Assembly: GCA_001779115.1 (NCBI GenBank)
Contig: MFJF01000019.1
Location: 12,733 to 76,732 of the forward strand
DNA from: Candidatus Gottesmanbacteria bacterium RIFCSPHIGHO2_01_FULL_40_15
GTDB lineage: Bacteria; Patescibacteriota; Microgenomatia; 2-02-FULL-39-11
Reading direction: 5' to 3'
Length of the DNA: 64,000 bases
Under the pieces are notes generated by a model. The model was not told the origin of the DNA. It worked only from the letters and a program-made list of their open reading frames with translations, and made no database searches. This document shows, in pieces, positions 1 through 9,985 of the stretch. How positions within the stretch are numbered: the first letter of the stretch is position 1; each line of letters starts with the position of its first letter. The position numbers were made by a program, and so were the translations under genes.

Positions 1-126
1 CAACCAGATCGTGAAAATGTGAACCAGTAATGATAATGATCGTATTTCTCACATGACGGTTGGATAGTATTCATATAATAACCCTCAAAAACCCGCGGAG
101 ACATTGAATAAATGTAAATGGAAAAA

Positions 127-2313
127 TTATCCGGTTTTAGTCTTTTTGGTGTATCTTTCCTTTGACAGGCGGAGGACTTTGTCCCGGTTTTGGTTGACTG
201 ATTTGGGCAAAGGCAAAGTGACGGCATGGAAAGGAATTGAAGTGAGGTTGTCGATAGCCAGTTTGATGATTATCTGGAAACTGCCCAGGTTGACCAGGTC
301 TTCTTCTTTATACCACTGGCCGTATTCGCGGGCCAGAAGTTGGGCGTCCTGGGCACCGGTAATAAAAGATATTAATGTTCCGGCATTGCCGAATATGGCT
401 TTTTGCACCTCTTCATCGACTTGGCCGATATACTGGTTGGCCAGAGCAATATTCAGGCGGTACTTTCGGGCTTCAGACAAAATTTTTATAAATGATGTTG
501 TGGCGAAATTCTGAAACTCGTCCACATATAAATAAAAATCTCGTCTTTTTATTTCGGGAATGTTGACCCGGTTCATGGCCGCCAATTGGATCCTTGTTAT
601 AAACATGGCGCCCAAAAGAGCGGCATTGTCTTCCCCTAATTTTCCCTGGGATAGATTAAGGATAAGGATTTTACCCTGATCCATGATATCCTCAAGATCA
701 ATCGTTGAGTGCGGATGTTCCAGAATTTGCCTGATGGTTGGCGACATAACGAACTGGCCGACTTTATTCTGAATCGGGGAGATTGCTTCGCTTTTCAGTC
801 TGGGATGCATTTTTTCATATTCATTCCTCCAGAAATTCTGAAGAATTTTATCCTTAACTTTGATAAGGACTTTCTGCCTGAAATTCTGATCGGATAAGAG
901 ATCGGGAACCATGACCAGAGTTGAATCGGGATATTCAAGAAGAGTCAGAATGACGTTTCTTAAGATGTATTCAAGCCGGGGACCCCAGGAATAGCTGTAG
1001 AGTTTTGAAAAAATGGAGACAATTCCTGAAGCAATCAGTTCTTTATGAACGGGATTTTTGACTTCCAGCGGATTCATCCAGAATGGGTTTATCTGGTCAA
1101 AAGGTTCAAGATAAACGATATCATTCAGTCTGAAAGAGGGGATAAAGTCAAGAAGAGTTTCCGATAAGTCACCATGAGGGTCAATTACGGCAACGCCTTC
1201 CCGATTTCTCATGTCATTTATGGCCATATTGGCAATAAGTGTTGATTTTCCGGTACCGGTTTTACCGATGATGTAGACATGTTTCCGGCGGTCATCCCTT
1301 TTAATTCCGAAAGTCGTCAATTGATTTTTGAACTCAGCTTTGGCAAAAAAGTTTACCTCCTTTTTCTCATCTTCTTGAAGATCGGCGGCCACGGGAAGAT
1401 TGGGCGGCGGTTCTCCCAGAAGGGACCTGCCCCAGGAAATATTTTTAATGCCCGATAATACTTTTCCGGGCGGATGCCAGATAGTAGACAGTTCTTCGGT
1501 ATTTAATATCTGGTGTCTGGGAAAATGGTTTTTTTCCCTTTTGACGAGACGGTCAAAGGCAATTTTTTTGGAATACCAGCGGGGTCTTCGCAGTATAAAG
1601 CGGTTGCCCTCACCAAGCGCAAATGCGCCGAAGGCGCCGGCCAGATTGGTCAGCTGGCTTAAGGCAGCCTGATTGGTATGAGCACCGATCATCAGTCTTA
1701 TATAAGTTCTGTATCCGGTATGATTAATTTTTTCTTCAATAAGTCTTGCCAAAGGAAATGGTCTGGTTTTTTCCGGTGCCCGGGAAGTAGGATCAGGAAT
1801 GCCTTTTAGAACCATACGGGTAACCATGGACTGCCAATTGAACTGGGGAGGTTCAATTATGATCTGAAACAGGCCTTTTTCGTCTTTTGAGAATTTTGAC
1901 ATGACACCGATTATAGATGAGAGAGGATCAAGATCGCGGAAGTCTTTATATGTTTTAATCGGATAATAAAAATAATTGGCCAGTTGGAGATTACCGATTG
2001 CCAAAAAAGGACTTTTTATTATATGATCGAGGTAGTCCGGAACAGAGGTTATCAGAATTTTGGGATACTGGCTGGTTAACTGGCTTTCAAGGTATACACG
2101 GAAGGAATCCGGGACAACACTATAAAAGCGGATTTGCTGGTTGTAAGAGGCTATTTCAAAAGAGAGTGTTCTTACTTTAATCCACAACCGGCGAAAGTAG
2201 GAAATGTGGCCTCCGGCAAATAACGAGGAGAAGACCTGCGACATCATTTCGGGAGTTTCCTCACCGGTTTTTGCAGATTGTATTTCCAGAACTACTTTTT
2301 TTTCACTGGCCAT
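127..2313 (-). CDS. HerA/FtsK-superfamily P-loop ATPase (DUF87 / TraD-VirD4-like coupling-protein-type)
   Basis: 728-aa ORF. Walker A 'IIGKTGTGKST', Walker B 'LYVDEFQNF', and a C-terminal 'KYRLNIALANQ' block typical of the AAA-like/DUF87 HerA-FtsK clade. N-terminal 330 aa unrecognised. Confidence 0.6.
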   Translation of the reverse strand: MASEKKVVLEIQSAKTGEETPEMMSQVFSSLFAGGHISYFRRLWIKVRTLSFEIASYNQQIRFYSVVPDSFRVYLESQLTSQYPKILITSVPDYLDHIIKSPFLAIGNLQLANYFYYPIKTYKDFRDLDPLSSIIGVMSKFSKDEKGLFQIIIEPPQFNWQSMVTRMVLKGIPDPTSRAPEKTRPFPLARLIEEKINHTGYRTYIRLMIGAHTNQAALSQLTNLAGAFGAFALGEGNRFILRRPRWYSKKIAFDRLVKREKNHFPRHQILNTEELSTIWHPPGKVLSGIKNISWGRSLLGEPPPNLPVAADLQEDEKKEVNFFAKAEFKNQLTTFGIKRDDRRKHVYIIGKTGTGKSTLIANMAINDMRNREGVAVIDPHGDLSETLLDFIPSFRLNDIVYLEPFDQINPFWMNPLEVKNPVHKELIASGIVSIFSKLYSYSWGPRLEYILRNVILTLLEYPDSTLVMVPDLLSDQNFRQKVLIKVKDKILQNFWRNEYEKMHPRLKSEAISPIQNKVGQFVMSPTIRQILEHPHSTIDLEDIMDQGKILILNLSQGKLGEDNAALLGAMFITRIQLAAMNRVNIPEIKRRDFYLYVDEFQNFATTSFIKILSEARKYRLNIALANQYIGQVDEEVQKAIFGNAGTLISFITGAQDAQLLAREYGQWYKEEDLVNLGSFQIIIKLAIDNLTSIPFHAVTLPLPKSVNQNRDKVLRLSKERYTKKTKTG

Positions 2314-2756
2314 TTGAGGTTAAGTATAAATTATTACTTTATAAAGGGAAAGGAGCCCAAGTTTTTGGATTCTTACCTCTTTTTAGCATAATCAATCCAT
2401 TTTATTTATTTATAATCCTTATAATTTAGGATCTCCGAATATGAGTTTTTATGAGCAAATCAGGTATTCTCATTCAGATGAAGGACCGGCGGGGGAAGGG
2501 AAAGAACCGGAATTTCGCTCTGTTATCGCCTATTATCGTTGTCCAACAAGTACTTATATGCATCCCGGAGGACATACCTTATCGCCGGTTATGCAGGTAG
2601 AAGCAGATCAAGATCCTCCAAAAACTTATAATTGTATTATACATAAAACCCATGCTTTCAGGTTTGACATAAAAGAAATACCAAGTACAAAATAAGTCAG
2701 ATATTTTTTAACCCCGGTATATTGCTAACATTCTTTTTTCCTGATATTGTTAAACT

Positions 2757-3323
2757 ATGGCGGAAGATCCTTTGATCTTGGATGTAAAAAGCAGGATGCA
2801 GAAGGCAGTGGCTGTTCTGATTGAAGATTTGGGAACGATAAGAACCGGCAGGGCGACTCCGGCTTTGATTGAAAATACGGTTATTTCCTCATACGGAGGA
2901 ACACAGAATCTGAAACTTCAGGAGTTGGCAACCATTACGACAGAAGGAGTCCGGTCCCTGATTATAGCTCCTTTTGACCAGACAGTAATCGGGGATATAG
3001 AGAAAGGAATAAACAGTGCCAATTTGGGTTTTACCGCATCGGTTGACGGAAGCATTATTAGAATAAATATTCCTCCTTTGACTTCGGAGCGAAGGGATGA
3101 ATTTATCAAACTGGCCAATACTAAAATAGAAGGCGGCCGGATTATGGTAAGACAAGTCAGGCATGATGTTATGGCATCTTTAAAAAGAAGTTTTGAGGCA
3201 AAAGAAATATCGGAAGACGACAGAAAAAGGCTAGAGAAAGAGATTCAAAATATCACCGATGAAATGATGGCAGAGTTAGAAATATTGCGCCATAAAAAAG
3301 AAGAAGAACTGAATCAGGTATAA
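2757..3323 (+). CDS. frr: ribosome recycling factor
   Basis: 188 aa. Full-length match to the RRF pattern (…VRTGRATPALIENTVISSYGG…IRINIPPLTSERRDE…). Confidence 0.92.
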   Translation: MAEDPLILDVKSRMQKAVAVLIEDLGTIRTGRATPALIENTVISSYGGTQNLKLQELATITTEGVRSLIIAPFDQTVIGDIEKGINSANLGFTASVDGSIIRINIPPLTSERRDEFIKLANTKIEGGRIMVRQVRHDVMASLKRSFEAKEISEDDRKRLEKEIQNITDEMMAELEILRHKKEEELNQV

Positions 3324-3329
3324 CTTTTG

Positions 3330-5003
3330 TTATTGCCCATTTTCCCTTAACAATCTGATTTCCCGCTCAATTATTTTTTTCAAAATCACTTGGCTGATGG
3401 AATAAGTCGGTTCAACACCTTCATAAGAAAGAGTGCGGACTCCCAGATTTTTAGCTTTAGAATAGGGAGTGTCAGAAGCATAGTGGGCGATACCCAATTC
3501 AAAAGGAGTAGTTGTCAGGTTAATAAACTCATTTTCTTCATAGCGGTTATAATAAATAAACTCATAAATAGCATTAAGATATGGGCCGGCTTCCATTTCT
3601 ATATCGGTGAATCCGTCGCGAAACCAGTTTTTCAGCATTGTTTTTGATTCCAGGAAGGTTCCTTTAGTAGTGATTGTTTTCTGATTTTCCAGAACCAGTC
3701 CGTTTTTAAAAATTTTTTTAAAATCACCAAGTGAAAAACAATTGATAATGCCGTACGTATTTTTTGTATGTTCGTCATAAACAGTATTCGGCAGAAGAAT
3801 ATCGCCGATTTGACCGTTTAAAGCAGCAGCTTTACCCATGATATATATACCTAGGACCTGGCCGGCATTTTGCCCGATTTCAGTTAAAACCTGATAAGCT
3901 GCCCATCCCAGCGGGTAGTCGATATTTACAATTAGAGAATGACTTTTTTTCAATTCCGATAAATCCGTATTCAGAAGTTTTCCCAGGTTTGATCCGGGAA
4001 GTTGGGAAAGGGGTATTATTTGGGCATCGATATCCAAATTATGTTTAGCCTGAACGCGGTAGATACCCAACTTTTTTTCCAGTTTAAGCTTTCTGTCCTT
4101 AAGGGCTTTATTTTCCCTAAGTGCTTTTTTAGACAGATAATTAAGGAAATATTCCCTGGCAGGGTGAATGTTATCCTTATTGAGATTTTCCCAGGTTTTT
4201 ATCAATTGATCATCCTGGTTTTTATAAAGGTAATCAATCAGATTTTTTTCTTCATCAAGTGAAAATCGGGTTATCAGATTGATCAGAGAATGTGTATTGG
4301 AAGAAACGAAATATATCGGCATGTCAAGAAAATTTATTCCCGAAATGGATTTTTCAATATGATCCCACCAGTATTGGGTAGCTCTGGCATATTCCATGTA
4401 TGATCCGGAGAGAAGATGAATGTTAAAATCGACCCGCCTGAATTTAATGGCGGTCAGGAATTTGTGATAATCGTCGGTCCAGATTTTTTGAAATCTGACA
4501 ATATCATCTTTTTCAAGAAGAGATTCGAAAGTTTTGACAACATTTTCAGCCGACCTTAATAAATGATGCAGTTTATTCCATTCAATCTGAAAGGCAGTTG
4601 TTAGTGAAATCAGATCGTCAACATCAGTAACGGAAGCAATATAAACAGCTAAAGTATCCTTACCGTTAAAATACATTTTTCTGCGGCGGCCTTCAGCTTC
4701 GACTTCCTGCCAGCTTTCGATTTTGCTGAATCGGTTATTTTTAAAAACCCGGATGGATTGCCCGAGAATAATTTTTTTAACCATGGACATGCAATTGGGC
4801 AAACGGAGAAGAGAATAAATAAAAGAAGCGGTGTCTATTTTCCCGGCGGAAGCTTTCTCATGAAGAACGGAATTCATATTCTTGTGGGAATCTTCCAGGT
4901 TTCTTACTCGGACAAACCCGGCTGATTTCAAAAGCGACCGGTATGTGCGGATATGGATTTCAACCGGGTCAATGGCAATGTTAAAATTATTACTGTTGTT
5001 CAT
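3330..5003 (-). CDS. AMP nucleosidase-like protein (C-terminal PNP_UDP_1 phosphorylase-fold domain, N-terminal domain unknown)
   Basis: 557 aa. The C-terminal 200 aa carry 'NIDYPLGWAAYQV…IMGKAAALNGQIGDILLPNTVYDEHT…TDIEMEAGPY'. This mirrors the AMP nucleosidase / nucleoside phosphorylase core (NIGVGPSNA…CGGLR.QRIGDYVL…YLRDDH…IEMES). The N-terminal 330 aa have no motif I recognise. Confidence 0.45.
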   Translation of the reverse strand: MNNSNNFNIAIDPVEIHIRTYRSLLKSAGFVRVRNLEDSHKNMNSVLHEKASAGKIDTASFIYSLLRLPNCMSMVKKIILGQSIRVFKNNRFSKIESWQEVEAEGRRRKMYFNGKDTLAVYIASVTDVDDLISLTTAFQIEWNKLHHLLRSAENVVKTFESLLEKDDIVRFQKIWTDDYHKFLTAIKFRRVDFNIHLLSGSYMEYARATQYWWDHIEKSISGINFLDMPIYFVSSNTHSLINLITRFSLDEEKNLIDYLYKNQDDQLIKTWENLNKDNIHPAREYFLNYLSKKALRENKALKDRKLKLEKKLGIYRVQAKHNLDIDAQIIPLSQLPGSNLGKLLNTDLSELKKSHSLIVNIDYPLGWAAYQVLTEIGQNAGQVLGIYIMGKAAALNGQIGDILLPNTVYDEHTKNTYGIINCFSLGDFKKIFKNGLVLENQKTITTKGTFLESKTMLKNWFRDGFTDIEMEAGPYLNAIYEFIYYNRYEENEFINLTTTPFELGIAHYASDTPYSKAKNLGVRTLSYEGVEPTYSISQVILKKIIEREIRLLRENGQ

Positions 5004-5144
5004 CTAGATTTATTATTTCCAAGTATTATACTAAAGCAGTTGACTTTGTAGAAGAATTCATTTTAAGAGAAGAAATTGCATTGCACAATTTTCTGTATTA
5101 ATATTTAAGATAATCAAATTTCCTCTTAAGATTAAACTTTTCTT

Positions 5145-6239
5145 ATGATTTTAACGGTATTTGTTTTTTTTCTTATATTATCCGTTCTGGTTTTGGTTCA
5201 CGAATTGGGCCATTTTTTGGCCGCTAAAAAATTCAATATATATGTTGAGGAATTCGGTTTCGGCTTGCCTCCCCGTTTTATGGGTATAAAAAAAGGAGAA
5301 ACCGTTTATTCCATTAATTATTTACCTTTTGGCGGTTTTGTCAAACTTTACGGTGAAGAAGGAGAGCAAGAGACTGCAGGAAAGAAAATTGCCAAAAACA
5401 GAGCTTTTTACGCAAGACCGGTATGGCAAAGAGTAATTGTAATTGCCGCCGGAGTATTCATGAATTTTTTACTGGCAATAGCGATTATTTCCTATATATT
5501 TACCCAAGGAGTACTTGTTCCGACTGAAAAAGTGCATATAGAAAAAGTATTGACGGGAGCTCCGGCTGATGAGGCGGGGCTTAAAGAGGGAGATATAATC
5601 AGAAAGTTTATTATCGACAGCGAGAAGGGAGCAAACCCTGAAGAAATAAAAATAACATCGACTGAAAAGTTGATTGAAACTACAAAGAAATATTCCGGGA
5701 AAGAAATTACCCTGGAAATTATGCGTGAATCCAGGATTTTACAGGTTGATATTACTCCAAGAACAGAATTTCCACAAGACCAGGGACCGATGGGTGTATT
5801 AGTTTCCAATTTTGAAGAAAAGAAATATTCCTTAATTGAAGCTCCCGTTATCGGTCTAAAAGAATCATTAGTGTTGTCTTGGGAACTTTTGAAAGGGATC
5901 GGGACGACGCTACAGAAACTGGTGACATTCCAATCGGTATCCAAAGATGTAGCCGGACCGATAGGCATTGCCCAGATGACGGGAGAAGCCATAAAATTCG
6001 GAAGGAATGCCGTTTTGGAAATGCTGGGACTTTTGTCACTCAATTTGGCCATCATCAATATTCTGCCTTTTCCGGCTCTTGACGGCGGTAGATTATTATT
6101 CGTGGTTATCGAAGGAATAACCGGAAGAAGAATCAAGACAAATCTGGAGCGGTACGTTCATCAGATAGGCATGGCAATATTGCTGTTTTTGATCATTCTG
6201 GTTACCATTAACGATCTTATCAGAATTTTTTCCCGGTAA
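5145..6239 (+). CDS. rseP: RIP site-2 zinc metalloprotease (RseP family) with PDZ domain
   Basis: 364 aa. N-terminal TM helix followed by 'HELGHF' (HExxH). Central PDZ-like segment. C-terminal 'NLAIINILPFPALDGG' motif. Confidence 0.88.
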   Translation: MILTVFVFFLILSVLVLVHELGHFLAAKKFNIYVEEFGFGLPPRFMGIKKGETVYSINYLPFGGFVKLYGEEGEQETAGKKIAKNRAFYARPVWQRVIVIAAGVFMNFLLAIAIISYIFTQGVLVPTEKVHIEKVLTGAPADEAGLKEGDIIRKFIIDSEKGANPEEIKITSTEKLIETTKKYSGKEITLEIMRESRILQVDITPRTEFPQDQGPMGVLVSNFEEKKYSLIEAPVIGLKESLVLSWELLKGIGTTLQKLVTFQSVSKDVAGPIGIAQMTGEAIKFGRNAVLEMLGLLSLNLAIINILPFPALDGGRLLFVVIEGITGRRIKTNLERYVHQIGMAILLFLIILVTINDLIRIFSR

Positions 6240-6266
6240 AACCCATGACGATCCCGGATCGTTTAA

Positions 6267-7709
6267 ATGATGCAGAAGTTTGAAAAAAAGGATCTTAAAA
6301 AAAAATCGGTTAATCTTTCAGAATGGTATACAGATATCATACTTAAGGCGGAACTGGCTGATTATGCTCCTGTTAAAGGTTGTATGGTGATCAGACCATA
6401 CGGATTTGCCGTTTGGGAAAAAATTCAGACTTTCCTTGACGGGCTTATTAAAGAAAAAGGTGTCGGTAATGCCTATTTCCCTTTGCTAATCCCGGAAAAA
6501 TTTCTTAACCTTGAAAAAGAACATATTGAGGGATTTTCACCTCATCTGGCGGTAGTGACAATTGCCGGGGGAGAGAATTTAAAAGAAAAACTGGTAATCA
6601 GGCCGACTTCGGAGACAGTCATGTACCAGATGTACAAACAGTGGTTTCACTCCTGGAGGGACCTGCCGGTTCTTATCAACCAGTGGAATAACGTTATCCG
6701 CTGGGAAAAAAGGACCTATCTTTTTCTAAGGACTTCGGAATTTCTCTGGCAGGAAGGCCATTGTGCCCATCTTACCGAGGGTGAAAACCGGGAGATGGTT
6801 TTATGGGGGATTAAAGCATACGAAAAAACATATGCTGAACTTTTAGCAATGTACGGTTTGATAGGAATAAAAAGTCAAACTGAAAAATTCGCCGGAGCCA
6901 AAGAAACATATTCCATTGAATTGTTGATGCCGGACGGGAAAGCCCTTCAGGGGGGGACTTCTCATGATTTAGGCCAGAATTTTTCCAAAGCTTTTGATTG
7001 GACAGTTCTTAACAAGGAAGGTAAAAAAATACATCCCTGGCAGAACAGTTGGGGTTTTACTACCAGGTCTATCGGGGGACTTGTCATGGTAAACGGTGAT
7101 GATAACGGATTAATACTTCCTCCCCGGGTCGCTCCGATTCAGACAGTAATTATTGCCATTTCTTCCGGAGAAAATCAGAAATTGGCAGAATATATTGAAA
7201 AAATTCAGGGGATATTGGAAAAATCCGGCGTCAGAGTTAAGAGTGATAATAATATTACCGCTTCAGTCGGACGCCGTTTTAATGATTGGGAAGTTAAAGG
7301 TGTACCTATCCGTCTGGAAATCGGCCAAAAAGAAATGGAGAAGGAATCAGTGACTTTTGCCCGCAGGGATAATTTTGATAAAGGGACTGTCGGAATTGAT
7401 CAAATAGAGATAAAAATTAAAGCAATTCTTGGAGAAATGCAAAGCCTGGCTTACGAGAATCATAGAAAATTTACACTGGATAATACTTATAAAGCAGATA
7501 GCTACGATCAGTTTAAAAAAATCATGACAGGAAAACGCGGATTAATCAGGGCTTTCTGGTGTGAAGATAAAGAATGTGAGGCTAAAATTAAAGCGGAAAC
7601 CAAAGCCACTACCCGGATTCTGCCGCTTGATGCCAAAAAGGAAAAAGGGAAATGTATTTACTGCACAAAAGCGGCCGTTAACCGCTGGTATTTTGCCCAG
7701 GCATATTAA
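6267..7709 (+). CDS. proS: proline--tRNA ligase, archaeal/eukaryotic-type class II
   Basis: 480 aa. Class II aaRS motifs. C-terminal Zn-binding tail 'FWCEDKECEAKIK…CIYC' ending in Y, which is characteristic of archaeal-type ProRS. Confidence 0.88.
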   Translation: MMQKFEKKDLKKKSVNLSEWYTDIILKAELADYAPVKGCMVIRPYGFAVWEKIQTFLDGLIKEKGVGNAYFPLLIPEKFLNLEKEHIEGFSPHLAVVTIAGGENLKEKLVIRPTSETVMYQMYKQWFHSWRDLPVLINQWNNVIRWEKRTYLFLRTSEFLWQEGHCAHLTEGENREMVLWGIKAYEKTYAELLAMYGLIGIKSQTEKFAGAKETYSIELLMPDGKALQGGTSHDLGQNFSKAFDWTVLNKEGKKIHPWQNSWGFTTRSIGGLVMVNGDDNGLILPPRVAPIQTVIIAISSGENQKLAEYIEKIQGILEKSGVRVKSDNNITASVGRRFNDWEVKGVPIRLEIGQKEMEKESVTFARRDNFDKGTVGIDQIEIKIKAILGEMQSLAYENHRKFTLDNTYKADSYDQFKKIMTGKRGLIRAFWCEDKECEAKIKAETKATTRILPLDAKKEKGKCIYCTKAAVNRWYFAQAY

Positions 7710-7762
7710 TGGTATTGACAATAATTTTCAATTATCTTTATAATTTTCTCAAGGCAAGGTAA

Positions 7763-8740
7763 ATGAGAAAATTTATACTGTTTTTTTTCATCTTAGGTTT
7801 AGTAATAGCTTCTCCATTTTTCAAAACTTCATCAGTATATTCAGCTCAGGGCAGTATAAAAGGCATTTTTGACGCCATAAATCAATACCGCAACCGCGAT
7901 GCAACCGGCAGCAGTTTACAGGATATTAAACAGGATTTACAGGACTTGAACCGAGTGAAAAATGAGGTGAATAAGGACATGGCGGCAGCAGAGGGGGAAT
8001 TTTTTGACAAATCGGAGGAAACGGTCGGACAATATCTTGATAAATGGACACAATATCTGGAAAAAGTAAGGGATCAATCTGAAAATTACGGTCAGGATTT
8101 AGCCGCCGGGATTAGGGTTCACGCTGAAGAAGAATTGCTTTACGTAAGCGGAAAAAAAGAGGAACTTACCGGGATAAATGATATCGGTACGCTTAGAAAT
8201 TTCGTCAGGGATTTAAGAGCTCACAGGCAATCCGTTGCAGTTACATGGGGTGAAGTCAGGTCAAGACTAAGGGTACGGCAAATGGAACTTTTGGAAAACC
8301 GGTTAAACAGATTGAAAGCCCTTCTTAACAAATTTGAGGACAAACTTAAAAGTTTTGAGGACAGGGGAATTGACACTGCCAGTGCTCAAAGTATTTTAGC
8401 CGGATTAAAAAATGATCTGGCAACGGCATTTGACAAACTTGACCAGGAAAAAAACAGTACTGAATCAGGAAGAGCTCAAATCAGTGATAATAATCTCCAA
8501 TTGGCCAGGGATATAAATCTGACTGTCAGGCAGATTCTCATGAAATTACGTGAGATTTTCAGATCTTTAAGATCCCAATTGCCTTCCGGTGTACCCGATG
8601 AAGCAACAACCGGCACACAGAGAAAATTGAAACCGACTAGGATTGATAGACCGTCCAGAATGCCAAAACCGACCAGAATACCCATACCGACCAGGTTAAA
8701 CGAGCAGGTTGAAATTGAACCTGAAGTAACAGAGTTATAA
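7763..8740 (+). CDS. secreted coiled-coil protein with C-terminal Pro/Thr/Arg-rich repeats, hypothetical
   Basis: 325 aa. Signal peptide 'MRKFILFFFILGLVIASPF'. Heptad-rich middle. C-terminus 'PTRIDRPSRMPKPTRIPIPTRL', encoded by three copies of ccgac(c/t)ag(g/a). Confidence 0.5.
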   Translation: MRKFILFFFILGLVIASPFFKTSSVYSAQGSIKGIFDAINQYRNRDATGSSLQDIKQDLQDLNRVKNEVNKDMAAAEGEFFDKSEETVGQYLDKWTQYLEKVRDQSENYGQDLAAGIRVHAEEELLYVSGKKEELTGINDIGTLRNFVRDLRAHRQSVAVTWGEVRSRLRVRQMELLENRLNRLKALLNKFEDKLKSFEDRGIDTASAQSILAGLKNDLATAFDKLDQEKNSTESGRAQISDNNLQLARDINLTVRQILMKLREIFRSLRSQLPSGVPDEATTGTQRKLKPTRIDRPSRMPKPTRIPIPTRLNEQVEIEPEVTEL

Positions 8741-8764
8741 TTTATTGCAGGAAAGTTAAATTTT

Positions 8765-9061
8765 ATGGAAGACCAAAAAATCAGCGGTCATTTTAACATA
8801 TCAACTGATAAAAGCCTGGTTGTGGCAACTTTTTTAGCTGTCATACTTTTCATTGTGCTCTTTACGGTAGTTAATATTGTCAACAGAAACAACGGATATA
8901 CCCAAACGGCCATTGAAGCCACAGTGCCGGTTTCCCTTGAAATTAAGGAGGATTTGAATGAAATGGAAGAGGAACTGTCCGGATTTGAAGCTGAATTTGA
9001 CGAAATGTCAAAATCTAACCTGGAGCCGGAGCTTGATATCGATTTAACTCTTGAGGAGTAA
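8765..9061 (+). CDS. small single-pass membrane protein with acidic C-terminus, hypothetical
   Basis: 98 aa. One TM helix (VVATFLAVILFIVLFTVVNIV), then E/D-rich tail. Sits 24 nt after the preceding gene. Confidence 0.4.
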   Translation: MEDQKISGHFNISTDKSLVVATFLAVILFIVLFTVVNIVNRNNGYTQTAIEATVPVSLEIKEDLNEMEEELSGFEAEFDEMSKSNLEPELDIDLTLEE

Positions 9062-9124
9062 ATTAAACTTCAATTTTCCCCGAATTAACTTGTATTAATG
9101 TTCATAAGAATTTAAAATAATCAG

Positions 9125-9985
9125 GTGAAAATTATTGTTACCCATTTTGCTCCTGATGTTGATGCCATTACATCAGTATGGCTTTTGAAAAGGTTTTTAC
9201 CGGAATGGAAGGAGGCTGAAGTCAGATTTGTACCGGCCGGAAAAAGTTTTGAAAATCAAATTGTCGACAGTGATCCGGATATTTTGCATGTTGATACCGG
9301 TATGGGACAGTTAGACCATCATCAGACCGATGAAGATACCTGCGCGGCCAAATTAACTCTTGATTTTATATTTAAAAACAAATCCGCGGTAAATAAAAAA
9401 AAGAAAGGTACGGCCGGAAATGATGCTCCTATGGAGAGGCTTGTTGAGGTGGTTAATGATATCGATCATTTCAGGGAAGTATACTTTCCTAATCCCATGT
9501 CCGATTATTATGATTTCGGACTGGTAGCGATATTTGACGGATGGAAGCTGATTTTTTCGGATGAACCCTTAAAAATCGTTGAACTGGGCTTACTGACACT
9601 GGACGGAATTTATAAAAACTTTCAGAACAAAGTCTGGGCGGAAAATGAAATCGATAAAAAAGGCATTGAATTTAAGACCAAATGGGGAAAGGGTATTGCT
9701 TTGGAAACAGTAAATGATGAGGTAATCAGAATTGCCCAGAGAACGGGTTTTACGGTGGCCGTCAGAAAAGATCCGAAGAAAGATTATGTCAGAATAAAAT
9801 CATTGCCCCAATCTGAGGCGGATTTGACGGCATGTTACAATATATTCAGAAAATTGGATAAGGAAGCAACCTGGTTTTTGCACTCCAGCCGGAAAATGAT
9901 TCTTAACGGATCAATTAAAAATCCGGAAAGCAAACCGACGAAGTTAACATTAAGAGAAATTGTAAACGTATTAAAAAATGAATGA
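9125..9985 (+). CDS. DHH-family phosphoesterase (NrnA-like, short form)
   Basis: 286 aa with a GTG start. 'HFAPDVDAITS' (DHH motif I-II: HxxPDxDAIGS) and 'DTGMGQLDHHQ' (DHH motif III). Confidence 0.6.
   Translation: MKIIVTHFAPDVDAITSVWLLKRFLPEWKEAEVRFVPAGKSFENQIVDSDPDILHVDTGMGQLDHHQTDEDTCAAKLTLDFIFKNKSAVNKKKKGTAGNDAPMERLVEVVNDIDHFREVYFPNPMSDYYDFGLVAIFDGWKLIFSDEPLKIVELGLLTLDGIYKNFQNKVWAENEIDKKGIEFKTKWGKGIALETVNDEVIRIAQRTGFTVAVRKDPKKDYVRIKSLPQSEADLTACYNIFRKLDKEATWFLHSSRKMILNGSIKNPESKPTKLTLREIVNVLKNE

Noticed and set aside
104-514. 136-aa plus-strand ORF at the window start
   Set aside because: It lies entirely antisense to the 728-aa ATPase gene with strong motifs. It has a low-complexity translation and no RBS. 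This is a shadow ORF.
2441-2695. 84-aa ORF in the 443-nt divergent intergenic region between the ATPase gene and frr
   Set aside because: No SD, and an atypical composition (His/Pro/Cys-rich). It is more likely a promoter region. The unusually long spacer is noted, but it has no repeat or structure I could support.
5492-6136. 214-aa minus-strand ORF inside rseP (similarly 39621-40217 inside pepA, 59849-60454 inside pilB, and 53494-54131 inside gyrA)
   Set aside because: These are antisense shadow ORFs within well-supported genes. Their compositions are Ser/Pro/Ile-rich and low in information.
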